Below are positions 1 through 10,324 of a stretch of 42,756 nt of DNA, piece after piece. Every line of letters begins with the position of its first letter. Within the stretch, counting starts at the first letter, position 1. The stretch lies in UHGV virus genome UHGV-0334807. One strand, given 5' to 3'. Source of the stretch: a virus. Both the position numbers and the translations under genes were made by a program. The notes under the pieces are model-generated. The model saw only the letters and a program-made list of their open reading frames with translations, made no database searches and had not been told where the DNA came from.

Positions 1-29
1 TTGCTTTGATTTTATTCTTATCTTTCCCA

Positions 30-85
30 TGGTACCCGGAGCGGGACTTGAACCCGCACAGCGCGAACGCCGAGGGATTTTAAAT
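30..85 (-). other. partial tRNA 3' end (tRNA-Leu-like: anticodon-loop side, T-arm, acceptor 3' strand, CCA); probable prophage attachment-site core
   Basis: Minus strand reads ATTTAAAATCCCTCGGCGTTCGCGCTGTGCGGGTTCAAGTCCCGCTCCGGGTACCA: T-stem GCGGG/CCCGC with TTCAAGT loop and CCA end, but no complementary 5' acceptor strand upstream, so a fragment rather than an intact gene. It lies at the tail-gene end of the prophage, opposite the integrase. Confidence 0.45.
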
Positions 86-270
86 TGGTCGCTTTGTGCA
101 ATAAATTCAAATAATTATGGCAAATTATCCGGACATAATGGTGTGTATGAATATCAAATAATCATATAGTTACGACGCGTCTTACTCATCGTCTTCTGAA
201 GGTTTTTGGCAAAAATGGTGATGTTCTGCGCCTTTATGTGACCAAACTGTCAGGAGCAAAGCGAGGTAAA

Positions 271-297
271 GGGGTATGAGAAAAACTCACATACCCC
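271..297 (-). terminator. hairpin terminator downstream of lipoprotein gene
   Basis: GGGGTATG / CATACCCC 8 bp stem immediately after the stop of the 306..725 gene; short T-run (TTTA) on the minus strand. Confidence 0.35.
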
Positions 298-305
298 AAC
301 ACAAA

Positions 306-725
306 TTAAAACGCGGTTGGGTGAATTCCATATTCACCGTTTGATCCATACCCTATGCGATACATCAAAGTACGATCTGTTGTCACCTTGCCCGCTTGTT
401 CGCTCATGCCACCACCACATACTCCTTTTGGCCACGCGCTGAAGACATGATCACCAATCGTTGGGTATACAACGACTTTCTGAGCTGTACCTAAATCTGC
501 CACCTCTTTACCATCAACATAAACACGGGAAAAACACGCGCTTCCAAAGAAACCCGAGTCACGCTTGATGATCACCTCTCCCGTACCGTCTCGTTTTTCG
601 AGTAACGCGGTACTGATAATTTGTTTTTCAGGAACAGGAGTGGCTTGTTCATTTGAGACAGGTTTTGTAGCACAACCGACAAGAGCAAGCATAATCCCAC
701 AGGCAAGACCATTTTTAACGACCAT
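306..725 (-). CDS. lipoprotein of unknown function (moron at prophage end)
   Basis: N-terminal signal peptide with lipobox LVGC; located after the last tail gene, next to the att fragment. Confidence 0.55.
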   Translation of the reverse strand: MVVKNGLACGIMLALVGCATKPVSNEQATPVPEKQIISTALLEKRDGTGEVIIKRDSGFFGSACFSRVYVDGKEVADLGTAQKVVVYPTIGDHVFSAWPKGVCGGGMSEQAGKVTTDRTLMYRIGYGSNGEYGIHPTAF

Positions 726-1162
726 GTTTGAAAACTCCCAATATTAAAAATATGTCAGCATCTAACGATAACAACGTTCAGCACCAGAGACTCTTCGTTC
801 TCCGGCTTACGCCTAAAAATATCGCAGGTGCCGTTTGCAGTCGACATCTGTTAATACTAAATTCATACCGCCACCGGCTCGCCGAGCCCATTTACTCCAG
901 AGACAGCCGAACCGAAAAACCGTTTTCAGCGAGCGTCAGACTCAGTGTGTTGATAGTCCAGTCCCGGTCCTCCTCGGTCCCGAAACCTTGAGTTGTGACT
1001 TTGCATTCTGCTGTCAGCGACACTAAATCGAGCGTCGCTGGCGTCGTGTACGTCATAGAGAACTCTTTTTTAGCTGCACCGCCCTTGAGCCCTGGTGCAG
1101 CTTCTTTCGCTGCGTCGAGCGACGGCTCAACTGCCGGCCATTCAATGACAGGATCGCCGCCA

Positions 1163-1936
1163 CTACCTTGTCCGCAATTCTTTGATCTGCCCAGTTGCTG
1201 TGTCGTGATATTTAATCAGATACGTCGGTTCCGGATTTTCGCCACCGCTACCACTATCGCCACTTTGTCCATTTCTCGAATAGCCCCAGCTGGAGTTATC
1301 ACGACGAGTTAGCGTGTAGTGCTGGAGCGGAGCACCGCTAACAGATTCGCCCGCGCCGCGCGGCAGGAATATCCAGTACCCGCCCGCGGGTTTACTCACC
1401 GCATCGAATCTCGTTGCGAGCCGCGACATCAGGTGCATATCTGACTCGCCGACCTGATCGAGTTGCGTGATAACATTGTCTGCAAACCGCTTTGATACGC
1501 GTGGTTTTAGCCCATTATCGCTCGCTATTGTCGCAACGATATCGCTGACAGTGACGTCGCTCCAGGAACGAGTCTTTTTGCTCTGAACTGTCGGAGATCC
1601 TTTTGCTGCGTTCATCGGAGCCGCTTTTGCTGTGAAATCAACTACCCGGGGTTCACCGCCACTGCTAGCACCGTCAACGATGTATATCCCTTTATCAATT
1701 ATCTGATTACCGAAACCGAGCCCAATACTGATTTTTACTCCGCGGGCCGGAATTTTCAGAGTTTCAGAAACTATTGCTACGCGGAGTTCGTCTGTCTGTT
1801 TACTGGAGCCGCCGTAATCTGTCAGCGTGATATTGATCAAACCTTTTCTTATTTTATCCGTGATGTTTTTATTATCAGCAGATATATAAAAATTAGGTTT
1901 CCACGCCTCCACGCCAGTATTTACGTAATCACTCAT
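1163..1936 (-). CDS. tail protein D-like (P2 gpD / late control D family), N-terminal 257 aa ORF; C-terminal part continues in another frame to about 892
   Basis: Last gene of a P2-order tail module (T-U-X-D). The ORF is short for the family, and an open frame without a start codon runs from about 1215 to 895 (reads ...GGDPVIEWPAVEPSLDAAKE...TLSLTLAENGFSVRLSLE). Confidence 0.55.
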   Translation of the reverse strand: MSDYVNTGVEAWKPNFYISADNKNITDKIRKGLINITLTDYGGSSKQTDELRVAIVSETLKIPARGVKISIGLGFGNQIIDKGIYIVDGASSGGEPRVVDFTAKAAPMNAAKGSPTVQSKKTRSWSDVTVSDIVATIASDNGLKPRVSKRFADNVITQLDQVGESDMHLMSRLATRFDAVSKPAGGYWIFLPRGAGESVSGAPLQHYTLTRRDNSSWGYSRNGQSGDSGSGGENPEPTYLIKYHDTATGQIKELRTR

Positions 1937-1939
1937 TCA

Positions 1940-2164
1940 TCAATCCCATAATTGCGTTTCTTTTTTAACCGGCTCTGGTTCGATATCTGGTAAAACAATT
2001 TTTTCTCCAGCACGAAACACGGCACACATATCCGTTACGCCGTAATTCGAAACCTGATATAAAACAGTCTCTGTCGTTTTTGACGCTCTCCCGTAGACCG
2101 CAAGGCAGATCTGATCGAGACGGTCACCGTCCCGTGTAGTGTATGTAATCATTTGGGGCCCCAT
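1940..2164 (-). CDS. tail protein X-like
   Basis: 74 aa ORF between U-like and D-like genes; size and position as in P2-type tail clusters. Confidence 0.45.
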   Translation of the reverse strand: MGPQMITYTTRDGDRLDQICLAVYGRASKTTETVLYQVSNYGVTDMCAVFRAGEKIVLPDIEPEPVKKETQLWD

Positions 2165-2325
2165 TAATTAAAAGGATTTCATAATGAGAATTAATTTTAG
2201 TAGTCGGAGAGGTATTAGTATTTCGGCGTCAAAAAAAATACCATCAGGTTGTTTTACATTTATGTTCGTAGTTTTTTTTATTATTTTTATACTTGTTAAG
2301 TGCTCTGGTAGCGCTTGATTTTGTA

Positions 2326-2754
2326 TTAATCTAGCGAAGCTCCATAATATTCGAGCGTGAGTGAAAAGTCCTGCGATTTAGGTGTTCCGCCCATCAAAAA
2401 GCTGTTTTGCGTTTCAGTTAGTTCTCGCAGCACCCAGTACCCTTTCACCTCCCCGGTCCCCAGCACTAGCTGCTGGGGTTCTCCCGTGTTCCCGAGCGCT
2501 CGCAAATCTGTCAACAGGCCGACGCCGCACCCGTCAAGAAATAAAGCGTTTATCTTTCCATCGATAGTAATTGTGGGGTTCGGTCGTCCGGTTATCTGCA
2601 ACGCGTCGTTTTTCCCGAATCGTGTTTGCTGAGCCCAGCGCCAGGCGTCACTACGTTGCAGTTTGTTGTACGCTACTGTTGATATAGCAAAAATGAAATC
2701 ACCCAGGCCGAGCATGATATCCTCAGCACCGTTTATTGCATCACTCATTGTCAC
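2326..2754 (-). CDS. tail protein U-like
   Basis: 142 aa ORF directly downstream of the tape measure gene, P2 gpU position. Confidence 0.5.
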   Translation of the reverse strand: MTMSDAINGAEDIMLGLGDFIFAISTVAYNKLQRSDAWRWAQQTRFGKNDALQITGRPNPTITIDGKINALFLDGCGVGLLTDLRALGNTGEPQQLVLGTGEVKGYWVLRELTETQNSFLMGGTPKSQDFSLTLEYYGASLD

Positions 2755-4391
2755 CCCGCCGCAGCTGGTTTATCAAACATCGCGCCACGATTGTACGAAC
2801 TCGCAGCCTGTCTCAGTCCATCGAGCACCCCCGACGCTGCAGATTGTTGTATTGACTGCGGATCTGTCGCACCGACAATATTGATTTCGATTTTATTGTT
2901 TTGCTCCGGCGCAGGTGTCGAGACTGCCTGCTTCAACGTATCAATATTTAACGTCGACGAATCCAGTGCTGCAGGCGCGGTATTTTTATTTACCATCCCG
3001 GATAATGGATTAACAAACGCGAGCATTGATTCTGCCTGAGATTTTGCCTGTTCTTGCCGTTCTGGATGCCGCATATTTTCGACAGCCTCTTCGGCTTTTG
3101 CCTTCGCAATATTATCAGCAGTCAATCCAGCGTTCGGTGAATATTTACCTCCCGAATCCATAAACTCTTGATATGCCCGATTATATTCGTCATTATAAGT
3201 TTTCTGTTCTTCATCTGATTTTTCATCCGGAATAAGCCACTCCAGTTTCTTTACGACAGCCCATATAATCTTCCCGAATTTGACGCAACCTTCTCCAAAA
3301 TTGACGATGCCATCCCACATTTTTTTCATATTTTCTGGTTTTACCCACTCAGTAATTGTGCTGACAAAACCACCCTGATTATCCTTAAACCAGGATGTAA
3401 ATGTTTCACGTACTGAGTCAAACGTCGGCGCGAGTTCCCCCCCGATTTTACCGAGTGTATCTGCAAGTCCCGACGTAATAGAGCCCCACAGATTTGTCAC
3501 TGATACATGCGCACGCGCCGCCCCTTCCGCACCCTCTTTTGTTAACAAATTCGACTTTTGCGCGTCAGACATTGTCTGTTCCCAGCTTTTACCCGTCGCC
3601 TTCATATACGTCATGATCTTATTAGCCTCGCCCCCCATGAGCTGGTCAGCGAGGCTCGCCGCTTGCTTCTCATCTTTCATTTCAGAGATGCGACGCATAA
3701 CCTCATTAAACTGTTTTTCCCGATCCCAGCCAGCCATTCGTTTTTTCGTCAGGCCAATTTGAAATAACATGGGATTCAGGCTTTTTTCGTTTCCGATTTC
3801 GCCGATTTTATTTGTAAGTTCTTCAGACAAATCCCCGATATTTTCGCCGTTCAGGCCCGCGGCTTTACCAATATTTTCCCACGCAGCGTATTTTTCGACG
3901 CCAACGCCGTAGGACTTCGCCAGACCGAGTTTTTCTGACGTCTCTGCATTCATTGCCAGCGCACCAGCTGCAGCACCGCCAATGAGCCCTGCCGCGCCAA
4001 GTGTCCCCCATTTGATACCCCGCCCCGTAGCCCTCACCGCACCTGCGGCGGCTCGTCCGCCCCATTTTGCAGCTCCTTTTGCGCGACCCGTCCACTTCTC
4101 CAGCCGCTGTTTTTTAGCAAGTTGAGTATTCAGCGCCTCCTGGTCCTGCGTTGTCGCTTTTATTCGACGGTCCAGCTTTTGATACTGAGCAGATAAATCA
4201 GAAACGTCTTTACCTGCCAGTTTCATTGCTGCGATTTTGTCTTTTAATTTATCCTGACTTTTCGTTAATTTCCCGACAGTAGACGACGTCTGCCGAATCG
4301 CATCATTGAGTTCTGTTGTACCGCGACGAAACGACGGGTCTATTCGCCCACCGAATACAACCTGCGTTTTAAAGTTTTGAGAAATAGCCAT
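2751..4391 (-). CDS. tail tape measure protein
   Basis: 546 aa, Ala/Gly/Lys-rich with coiled-coil N-terminal region; follows tube and E-like genes. Confidence 0.75.
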   Translation of the reverse strand: MAISQNFKTQVVFGGRIDPSFRRGTTELNDAIRQTSSTVGKLTKSQDKLKDKIAAMKLAGKDVSDLSAQYQKLDRRIKATTQDQEALNTQLAKKQRLEKWTGRAKGAAKWGGRAAAGAVRATGRGIKWGTLGAAGLIGGAAAGALAMNAETSEKLGLAKSYGVGVEKYAAWENIGKAAGLNGENIGDLSEELTNKIGEIGNEKSLNPMLFQIGLTKKRMAGWDREKQFNEVMRRISEMKDEKQAASLADQLMGGEANKIMTYMKATGKSWEQTMSDAQKSNLLTKEGAEGAARAHVSVTNLWGSITSGLADTLGKIGGELAPTFDSVRETFTSWFKDNQGGFVSTITEWVKPENMKKMWDGIVNFGEGCVKFGKIIWAVVKKLEWLIPDEKSDEEQKTYNDEYNRAYQEFMDSGGKYSPNAGLTADNIAKAKAEEAVENMRHPERQEQAKSQAESMLAFVNPLSGMVNKNTAPAALDSSTLNIDTLKQAVSTPAPEQNNKIEINIVGATDPQSIQQSAASGVLDGLRQAASSYNRGAMFDKPAAAG

Positions 4392-4499
4392 CGATTTTCA
4401 TGACCTCGTTTACATAGAAATTAAAAACCCGGTACGGCAGGTCCATTTGCGTATCGGGCGGGATGGCAAGTTTTTTCGCAATAAACGGAATCAGAATAA

Positions 4500-4781
4500 C
4501 TATATCTGATGTCGGTCTTTCGGAGGCTTTACCAGTTCGTTAAATGCGGCCTCCATTTGATCGTAATCGCACGCAGGCAGTGCATATAAATCCTCACGCT
4601 CCAGATTTGCCAGGCGCGCCAGCATTGTCGCTGTCCGCTCTTCAAGACCACTTTTATCGTTACTGAACATAATGCGGTCGCGTAATTTTGGTTCGCGAAT
4701 AGTAATTGTATCGCGGCTCTCCCCCTTAATAATAAACGGGCGAGAGAGCGTAATAGTCATACTGTCTAATAATGATTCCAT
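4500..4781 (-). CDS. tail assembly chaperone (P2 gpE-like)
   Basis: 93 aa ORF between tube and tape measure; the -1 frame stays open for about 48 codons past its stop into the tape measure start, as in E/E' arrangements. Confidence 0.45.
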   Translation of the reverse strand: MESLLDSMTITLSRPFIIKGESRDTITIREPKLRDRIMFSNDKSGLEERTATMLARLANLEREDLYALPACDYDQMEAAFNELVKPPKDRHQI

Positions 4782-4793
4782 TTTATTTGCCTT

Positions 4794-5306
4794 TTAATAT
4801 ACATGGAGAATACGAGCAACGCCCGCAAGAACGTCAACACCATTAATTACTCGTTTCATTTTTGCAGGATGAATCTCGTAAATAATTTTTCCATTTTGAA
4901 CTCGTTTATAATAGCTCGGCGCAATCGTTACTGATTGCCCAACTGCTGATTTTGAATCAGTCCCCTGCGCGTCATCAGTAATCGCCGTAATAAGCCCCTC
5001 ATATGTATCAATACGTTCAAAATTGACACCGTAATTGTCAGTATATGCACTTCGAATTTCGAACCTTGTTTTAGCACCTGGTATTAATCCCAAATACCCC
5101 ATCACACCAGAATCGGAGCCAGAGACTTTAAAACTGGCTGACATTTTCTCCATTCCCCCGTCCAGAGTGATAGCTGTATCCATAGCGCCCGTCTTAAAAT
5201 CATCTTCGATTATTTTCATATCGACGGGAGTGTATTCAGTGCAATTTAAAACTCGTTCTCCCTGGACGAACAACGCAAATGCACGATAGGTGTTACTATC
5301 TGCCAT
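4794..5306 (-). CDS. contractile tail tube protein (FII-like)
   Basis: 170 aa ORF immediately after the sheath gene. Confidence 0.7.
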   Translation of the reverse strand: MADSNTYRAFALFVQGERVLNCTEYTPVDMKIIEDDFKTGAMDTAITLDGGMEKMSASFKVSGSDSGVMGYLGLIPGAKTRFEIRSAYTDNYGVNFERIDTYEGLITAITDDAQGTDSKSAVGQSVTIAPSYYKRVQNGKIIYEIHPAKMKRVINGVDVLAGVARILHVY

Positions 5307-5323
5307 ATCAATTCTCCAGATTA

Positions 5324-6826
5324 TTAGACTGTTTCTTTAAAAAGAGAGGCCAGAGCTTCAACTGTGTAATCATTATTAATGCGGTACATTAACGTAATTG
5401 TTTGTGCCGGGGATTTCGGTCCAAAGTCAACATTAATATAAAGATTACCAGCGGCCAGACTTTCTTTTGTATTTAACTCTTCATCTAACCACGCCCGTCC
5501 TCCGTTAATCGCGCCCTGCTCCTCTAATTTATGCAGATACGCGTTTATCGACTCTACAACGTCTGTTCCGAGGTGCAGGTCTATCGGGCGATCAATAAAA
5601 TCGGTCATCATTGCCCGGGCTATTGAATCCTCAATTACGTCAGCTGTCCGACGAACGCATTCAAAGGACCATTGGGGACTGAGGCTACACAGATAGTTAC
5701 CCCAGTGTCTGAATCCATCATAGCGAATAATTGTGCTGACCTGGCTGGCGTTCAGCAGATTTGCTGTGCAGTTCGTTTCACCGATTATAAAATCATCGAC
5801 TTGTTCGAGTCCTGTAATTCCGTAGATATTTTGATTCGATTTGCTCCACCAAAACCCTTTTTCGTTATCAATTCTGGCTCGTAAACCAGCAGCGATAGCT
5901 GAATACGGACGAGATAAACCACTAACATCACTCGTAGAATAAACACGAGGGCGCAGAATTTCCATTCTGCCGCCGTACCTCTGACGACGATTTACAACGT
6001 CAGCAGGCGTAGCGCCTCGCGGTGAATCGATATATCCAACGCCTCGTAATTTATTTGTCACCACTTCAAGTTGTTCTGCAATATAATCGTTAGCACTATA
6101 ATCTGGAGCGATTAAAATTCTCGGCGTTACTTGATTTATTTGCGCAGACGTCAACAATGCGTTAATCCCGTTAACGACGTTCTGCCGCATTTTTGTTTCG
6201 TCGCTGTCCTCTTCGACGCGGACAACAACAATAATGGCATCCTCCTGATTTAGTATTTCAGATACAGCGGGAGGAAGGGTTCCAGACCCACCGAGCAATC
6301 CAGCTTTTTTTTGACTGCCTGCAATTAACGTCGGAACATTATATTTGAACGATTCGTCTTTACCACCGGATAAATTTGTTGGGGGGAGCGCGAATACAGT
6401 CCCCGTTCCTGCGTGATCACCACCGAATGTGACGTTAATATATTCTCCAATCTGGAGTCCTTCTTTATACTGCTGGTTCTGATCGTACATTTTTGACGGG
6501 GTCATGGCACCGTCCGTGATCATTGTTAATTTTCTCGAACCGTCGGGCAGTGTGCTGTATCCTGGAGTTGCTACATTCCCGTTAATTCCCAAATCAACAA
6601 TTTCAACAATCCAGTTGTTTCCGTCGGCCCCTGGCATGACAGTCGAAAACTCAACAAGATTGTCTGCGAGCTCTGATCCCCATAATAGTGATGCACAAGT
6701 TGGGTAGCTGGAATCGGGAGCAGTACCAACAATCCCAATCACGGAAATATCTACTGTGTTGATCTCTTTTGTGCCGTCGTCGTATTCGAGCGTGCGAATA
6801 CCGTGTAAAAAATTAGTTACGCTCAT
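5324..6826 (-). CDS. contractile tail sheath protein (FI-like)
   Basis: 500 aa ORF at the sheath position of a P2-order tail module. Confidence 0.8.
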   Translation of the reverse strand: MSVTNFLHGIRTLEYDDGTKEINTVDISVIGIVGTAPDSSYPTCASLLWGSELADNLVEFSTVMPGADGNNWIVEIVDLGINGNVATPGYSTLPDGSRKLTMITDGAMTPSKMYDQNQQYKEGLQIGEYINVTFGGDHAGTGTVFALPPTNLSGGKDESFKYNVPTLIAGSQKKAGLLGGSGTLPPAVSEILNQEDAIIVVVRVEEDSDETKMRQNVVNGINALLTSAQINQVTPRILIAPDYSANDYIAEQLEVVTNKLRGVGYIDSPRGATPADVVNRRQRYGGRMEILRPRVYSTSDVSGLSRPYSAIAAGLRARIDNEKGFWWSKSNQNIYGITGLEQVDDFIIGETNCTANLLNASQVSTIIRYDGFRHWGNYLCSLSPQWSFECVRRTADVIEDSIARAMMTDFIDRPIDLHLGTDVVESINAYLHKLEEQGAINGGRAWLDEELNTKESLAAGNLYINVDFGPKSPAQTITLMYRINNDYTVEALASLFKETV

Positions 6827-7212
6827 TTTATTCCTTCTCTATTTTCACCAATTCGCGTCGCTATTGCTTCTTTAAGCTCGGCCAAATTTTCGATTTGCGC
6901 GTCAGATGCGGTTCCGGCATCTACTGCACACTGAATTGAGAATGCCTCAATTGACAGATCGCCAACAGTCCGTAATGTAGTCTGGAGTTTTTGCGTCTGC
7001 TCTTTTTTTACAAATTTAGAAATGCTCCCATAATCCCCGCTCAGCGCTCTTTCATATAAAACCCTACCGTGTTCCTCGCAATCATTTTTCATTGCGGTGA
7101 ATGGAATGTCGTTTCCAATCCCGTCAATATCGCAAATAATATTTATAGATAACCCATGCTCGTCATTAAAAACAGGGTTTGTTATTTTTCTAAATGAATC
7201 AACGCTTATCAT
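6823..7212 (-). CDS. tail fiber assembly protein (putative)
   Basis: 129 aa ORF translationally coupled downstream of the tail fiber gene. Confidence 0.4.
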   Translation of the reverse strand: MISVDSFRKITNPVFNDEHGLSINIICDIDGIGNDIPFTAMKNDCEEHGRVLYERALSGDYGSISKFVKKEQTQKLQTTLRTVGDLSIEAFSIQCAVDAGTASDAQIENLAELKEAIATRIGENREGIK

Positions 7213-8396
7213 TACGCAATCCTAATAGCTAAAAAACAGGCAGTCCCAATATCACCGACTCCACCGGGTGAATACGCCATGGCTCGCCATGAGCCAATAA
7301 GTGGTGTGTCATAAAATGGTTTTGTGGCAATATCCGTGTTATATGAACCGGTATTATTTATACTAGCGTAATATAAATCCCCTCCAGCCCATATGGAGCC
7401 CGGGAGTATTTGTGGTGCATGATTAATAGCGACAAGCGCATAAGTACCAACCGCGCCAACAACACCTATTTCCGGTGATGGGTCCGGTGAAAGACTTATA
7501 TCTATGTTGCCATTTTCATCCGGCGACTCCCCGTTAATCGTTTTAACCGGTTTAAGATTAGCCTCATTCCAGTATTTATACGTCTGCCCGCCGCACAGTA
7601 ACACCAGGCCATCATAGTGAACTCCGCGTAATCTATAAAAAACCTTCTGATTGTTTTCTCCACGGGTCGAAAAATCTAAATAATCGCCCGACACATCTGA
7701 TAAACCAGCAAATGAAAACAACGTCAAATCAGTGCCCGGTTTGTTTATATTTATTTGTTTTTTAGAGGATAAAACGTCTTCAAAAATCACATCATCTTTA
7801 AAAGTATTTGGATGAGTAAATGCATTACCCTTATCTCTATATGCAACGTCCCCATCTATACCAATATTTTTCCGCGCAGCCTGCTGAGCAGTTTCACCAT
7901 TTGCGGGAATTTCAGATAAGTTTTTACTTATCTGCAAATATTTTTTGTCAGCTTCCTCGGGAGTTACGTAGTTGTCATATACTACAACATTAACCGTAGA
8001 TGTGCTGGACACCGCGAGTGTGTATTTATACGTGATTGAAATCAGCGCACCGTTGCTGTCCGTAGGTTTTAAAATGTCCGGCGAGCGCGCCACAGAGTAC
8101 AGCTCGCCTTTATCTGTTAATATCCCCACCTCACGGATAGTATAGCCCCCAGTGTCTGGCGGTACGTAAAGTGTAAAGATAACCTGGTTACCGCTATTTT
8201 CTGCGGATTTAATATCCCCACGATACGTCTCGTGAATTAATGCAGTTCGTGCCGGGTCCGGTGTTACGTCGTCGTTTCCGTTTGCGTCGCCAATAACGAA
8301 TTTATTCAGCACCACGGGTACACCCGATGCCAGCGCAGCGGCTTCAAGTTGTGCGCCACGGTCTGTCAGTACTGCGTAAATTTTATTTTCAGCCAT
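7212..8396 (-). CDS. tail fiber protein
   Basis: 394 aa ORF after baseplate I-like gene (P2 gpH position). Confidence 0.6.
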   Translation of the reverse strand: MAENKIYAVLTDRGAQLEAAALASGVPVVLNKFVIGDANGNDDVTPDPARTALIHETYRGDIKSAENSGNQVIFTLYVPPDTGGYTIREVGILTDKGELYSVARSPDILKPTDSNGALISITYKYTLAVSSTSTVNVVVYDNYVTPEEADKKYLQISKNLSEIPANGETAQQAARKNIGIDGDVAYRDKGNAFTHPNTFKDDVIFEDVLSSKKQININKPGTDLTLFSFAGLSDVSGDYLDFSTRGENNQKVFYRLRGVHYDGLVLLCGGQTYKYWNEANLKPVKTINGESPDENGNIDISLSPDPSPEIGVVGAVGTYALVAINHAPQILPGSIWAGGDLYYASINNTGSYNTDIATKPFYDTPLIGSWRAMAYSPGGVGDIGTACFLAIRIA

Positions 8397-9015
8397 TTGG
8401 CCCTATCTCCACATTTAAACTAACAATTGGTGAGCCCGATATATATAGCCCGCCGTTAATTTTTACACCGCCGTCGCCGTCTGCTGGGACGTTTACGCCT
8501 ATTTTCGCGTAAGGTGTACCGGCTATAAAAAACTCACCATCGACACCCGTTTCGAAATTTATTTCTTTTAATAAGGAACGACAATTTTTTGCATCAAATA
8601 TTTGTGCAATAAATGTATTCAATAGTTCTAAATCTAACCCCATGCTTTTTAGCAGATATATTTTAATTGCGAATGTATACGGGTCGTCCCTGGGCGTGGC
8701 TTCAAACCACTCTCTCATTTTGCTCTCAAAGCCAACAGTTAATAACGCTCGTTCAACAGCTCCACGCGTTCCGCGGTGCTTATTCTGCCACGCAGCTGCT
8801 TTAATAATTTCGCGTTTTTGCTGCTCACTCCAGTCGGGGTTCCAGTAGGTGACCGCGTACTCCCACGCCAGCCACGGCAACAGATTTGCAGGGCACAAAT
8901 CGGGATTTTTAATAATTCGAATATCGCCAGGCAGATCGCCGACGTGAGATAAAACAACCTCAAGCGCCCTCTCAGGGGTTATTGCGTTCGGAGGCAGTAC
9001 GCTTTGACTTGTCAT
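8389..9015 (-). CDS. baseplate/tail protein I-like
   Basis: 208 aa ORF between J-like and fiber genes. Confidence 0.6.
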   Translation of the reverse strand: MTSQSVLPPNAITPERALEVVLSHVGDLPGDIRIIKNPDLCPANLLPWLAWEYAVTYWNPDWSEQQKREIIKAAAWQNKHRGTRGAVERALLTVGFESKMREWFEATPRDDPYTFAIKIYLLKSMGLDLELLNTFIAQIFDAKNCRSLLKEINFETGVDGEFFIAGTPYAKIGVNVPADGDGGVKINGGLYISGSPIVSLNVEIGPNG

Positions 9016-9017
9016 GG

Positions 9018-9938
9018 CTACCCCATTTGCACGCTGAGTTTGATTTCTGTGCAGTACGGAGCCTGCCCGACGCCAGCGATCACATCCTCTGTTGACGATA
9101 TCAGAATCACACGTTCAGTGCCGTCACGATGTATCGCGTCGTAAATTCCTGACAGAGCTGCCGTCGCTCCGATTTTATGTTGCGTATCCACATATATCGC
9201 CAAATCGCTCTGAGCACCGTTAAGCAAAACGTTCTGGTCGGGTCCGAGCCCGGCTACGATAACGGCCTCAACCCGGTAATTCAGGTTCGACGCAGGTTTT
9301 ACAGTCACGAAATCAGTCAGCGGTCGAGTATCGTCAGGAGACAGGGCCGCATTCACTGTATTCAGTAGTGATTGAGGCGGAGTGCCGTCGCCGGTTCGCG
9401 ACAAGACATACATATCGACGTATCCAGGCTGGGTCACCGGCGGGCCGTACGCCTGAGCTGACAGAACGTCGGGATCACTCGACAGCGCGAAATAGTTATA
9501 GGCGTTCGTACTGCCGGCAGTATTCCGCGCATACCATGATAGCTGTATTCGGTGTCGATACTCGTCGTCACTCTCGTAAACAGCCTCAGTCGGGGGAATT
9601 ACATCGGGATTAGCTGGCGTTATCAACAGCCGCAGGCAGTCAAAATTAGCGCCAATCTGGTCGAGGTCACTCCCCTTTGCAAACGCGAGCAATACAGCGA
9701 GCATCCCCTGATTTACCCGAGCTGTAATAATGATTTCTCTGTATGCAACTATTTCCAGCAGTTTAACGGCCGGGTCTGACTCCAGGAGTGCGTTAAATTG
9801 TGGATATAATATCTGCAGCTCTGACAGTAGATTAGATTTAACATCTGAAAATAACGGGGTTTTAACGAATGCTGGCGGCGGCAGCAGACTCATATCAATA
9901 GTTTTCACTATCGAATTCTGAACTGTTGATGTTATCAA
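9018..9938 (-). CDS. baseplate protein J-like
   Basis: 306 aa ORF in V-W-J-I order. Confidence 0.7.
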   Translation of the reverse strand: MITSTVQNSIVKTIDMSLLPPPAFVKTPLFSDVKSNLLSELQILYPQFNALLESDPAVKLLEIVAYREIIITARVNQGMLAVLLAFAKGSDLDQIGANFDCLRLLITPANPDVIPPTEAVYESDDEYRHRIQLSWYARNTAGSTNAYNYFALSSDPDVLSAQAYGPPVTQPGYVDMYVLSRTGDGTPPQSLLNTVNAALSPDDTRPLTDFVTVKPASNLNYRVEAVIVAGLGPDQNVLLNGAQSDLAIYVDTQHKIGATAALSGIYDAIHRDGTERVILISSTEDVIAGVGQAPYCTEIKLSVQMG

Positions 9939-10324
9939 AATATCAGCTCCATATTATTAAACTCTAATCGCTGTTGTGTTTCGATATCTGTTGCGATAAT
10001 TAATATTGTTATTTTCCCGATATCCACTGCTAACACATTTATTCTGTCAATTCTGACGCGTGGTTCCCATCGTGCTATTGCGCCAGCGCTTTCCATGATT
10101 ATTCGCATAGCAAGCGACGGATCTGTGGGATTATCAACAAGATCAAATAATTTGCTGCCATATTCCGGCAGCATTACACGCGTCCCCAGCGGGGTCGTTA
10201 AAATATCAACGATAGACTGACGAATGTGATCAGTCCCCGATAAAAGTTTACCGGTGTTACGGTCCATTCCAAGCATCTTTACGCCATTGGTTGGTTCGGT
10301 TGTTGAGTTTCCCCGTCCGGACAT
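9935..10324 (-). CDS. baseplate protein W-like (GPW/gp25 family)
   Basis: 129 aa ORF; size and position match the GPW/gp25 baseplate protein. Confidence 0.65.
   Translation of the reverse strand: MSGRGNSTTEPTNGVKMLGMDRNTGKLLSGTDHIRQSIVDILTTPLGTRVMLPEYGSKLFDLVDNPTDPSLAMRIIMESAGAIARWEPRVRIDRINVLAVDIGKITILIIATDIETQQRLEFNNMELIF

Noticed and set aside
1-120. Intact tRNA-Leu gene at the left end
   Set aside because: Only the 3' roughly 55 nt (anticodon-loop side to CCA) are present, the upstream 5' half is missing, so it is annotated as a partial tRNA/att core.
3865-4095. 76 aa minus-strand ORF inside the tape measure gene
   Set aside because: Alternative frame within the tape measure coding region with Arg/Cys/Trp-rich composition; spurious.
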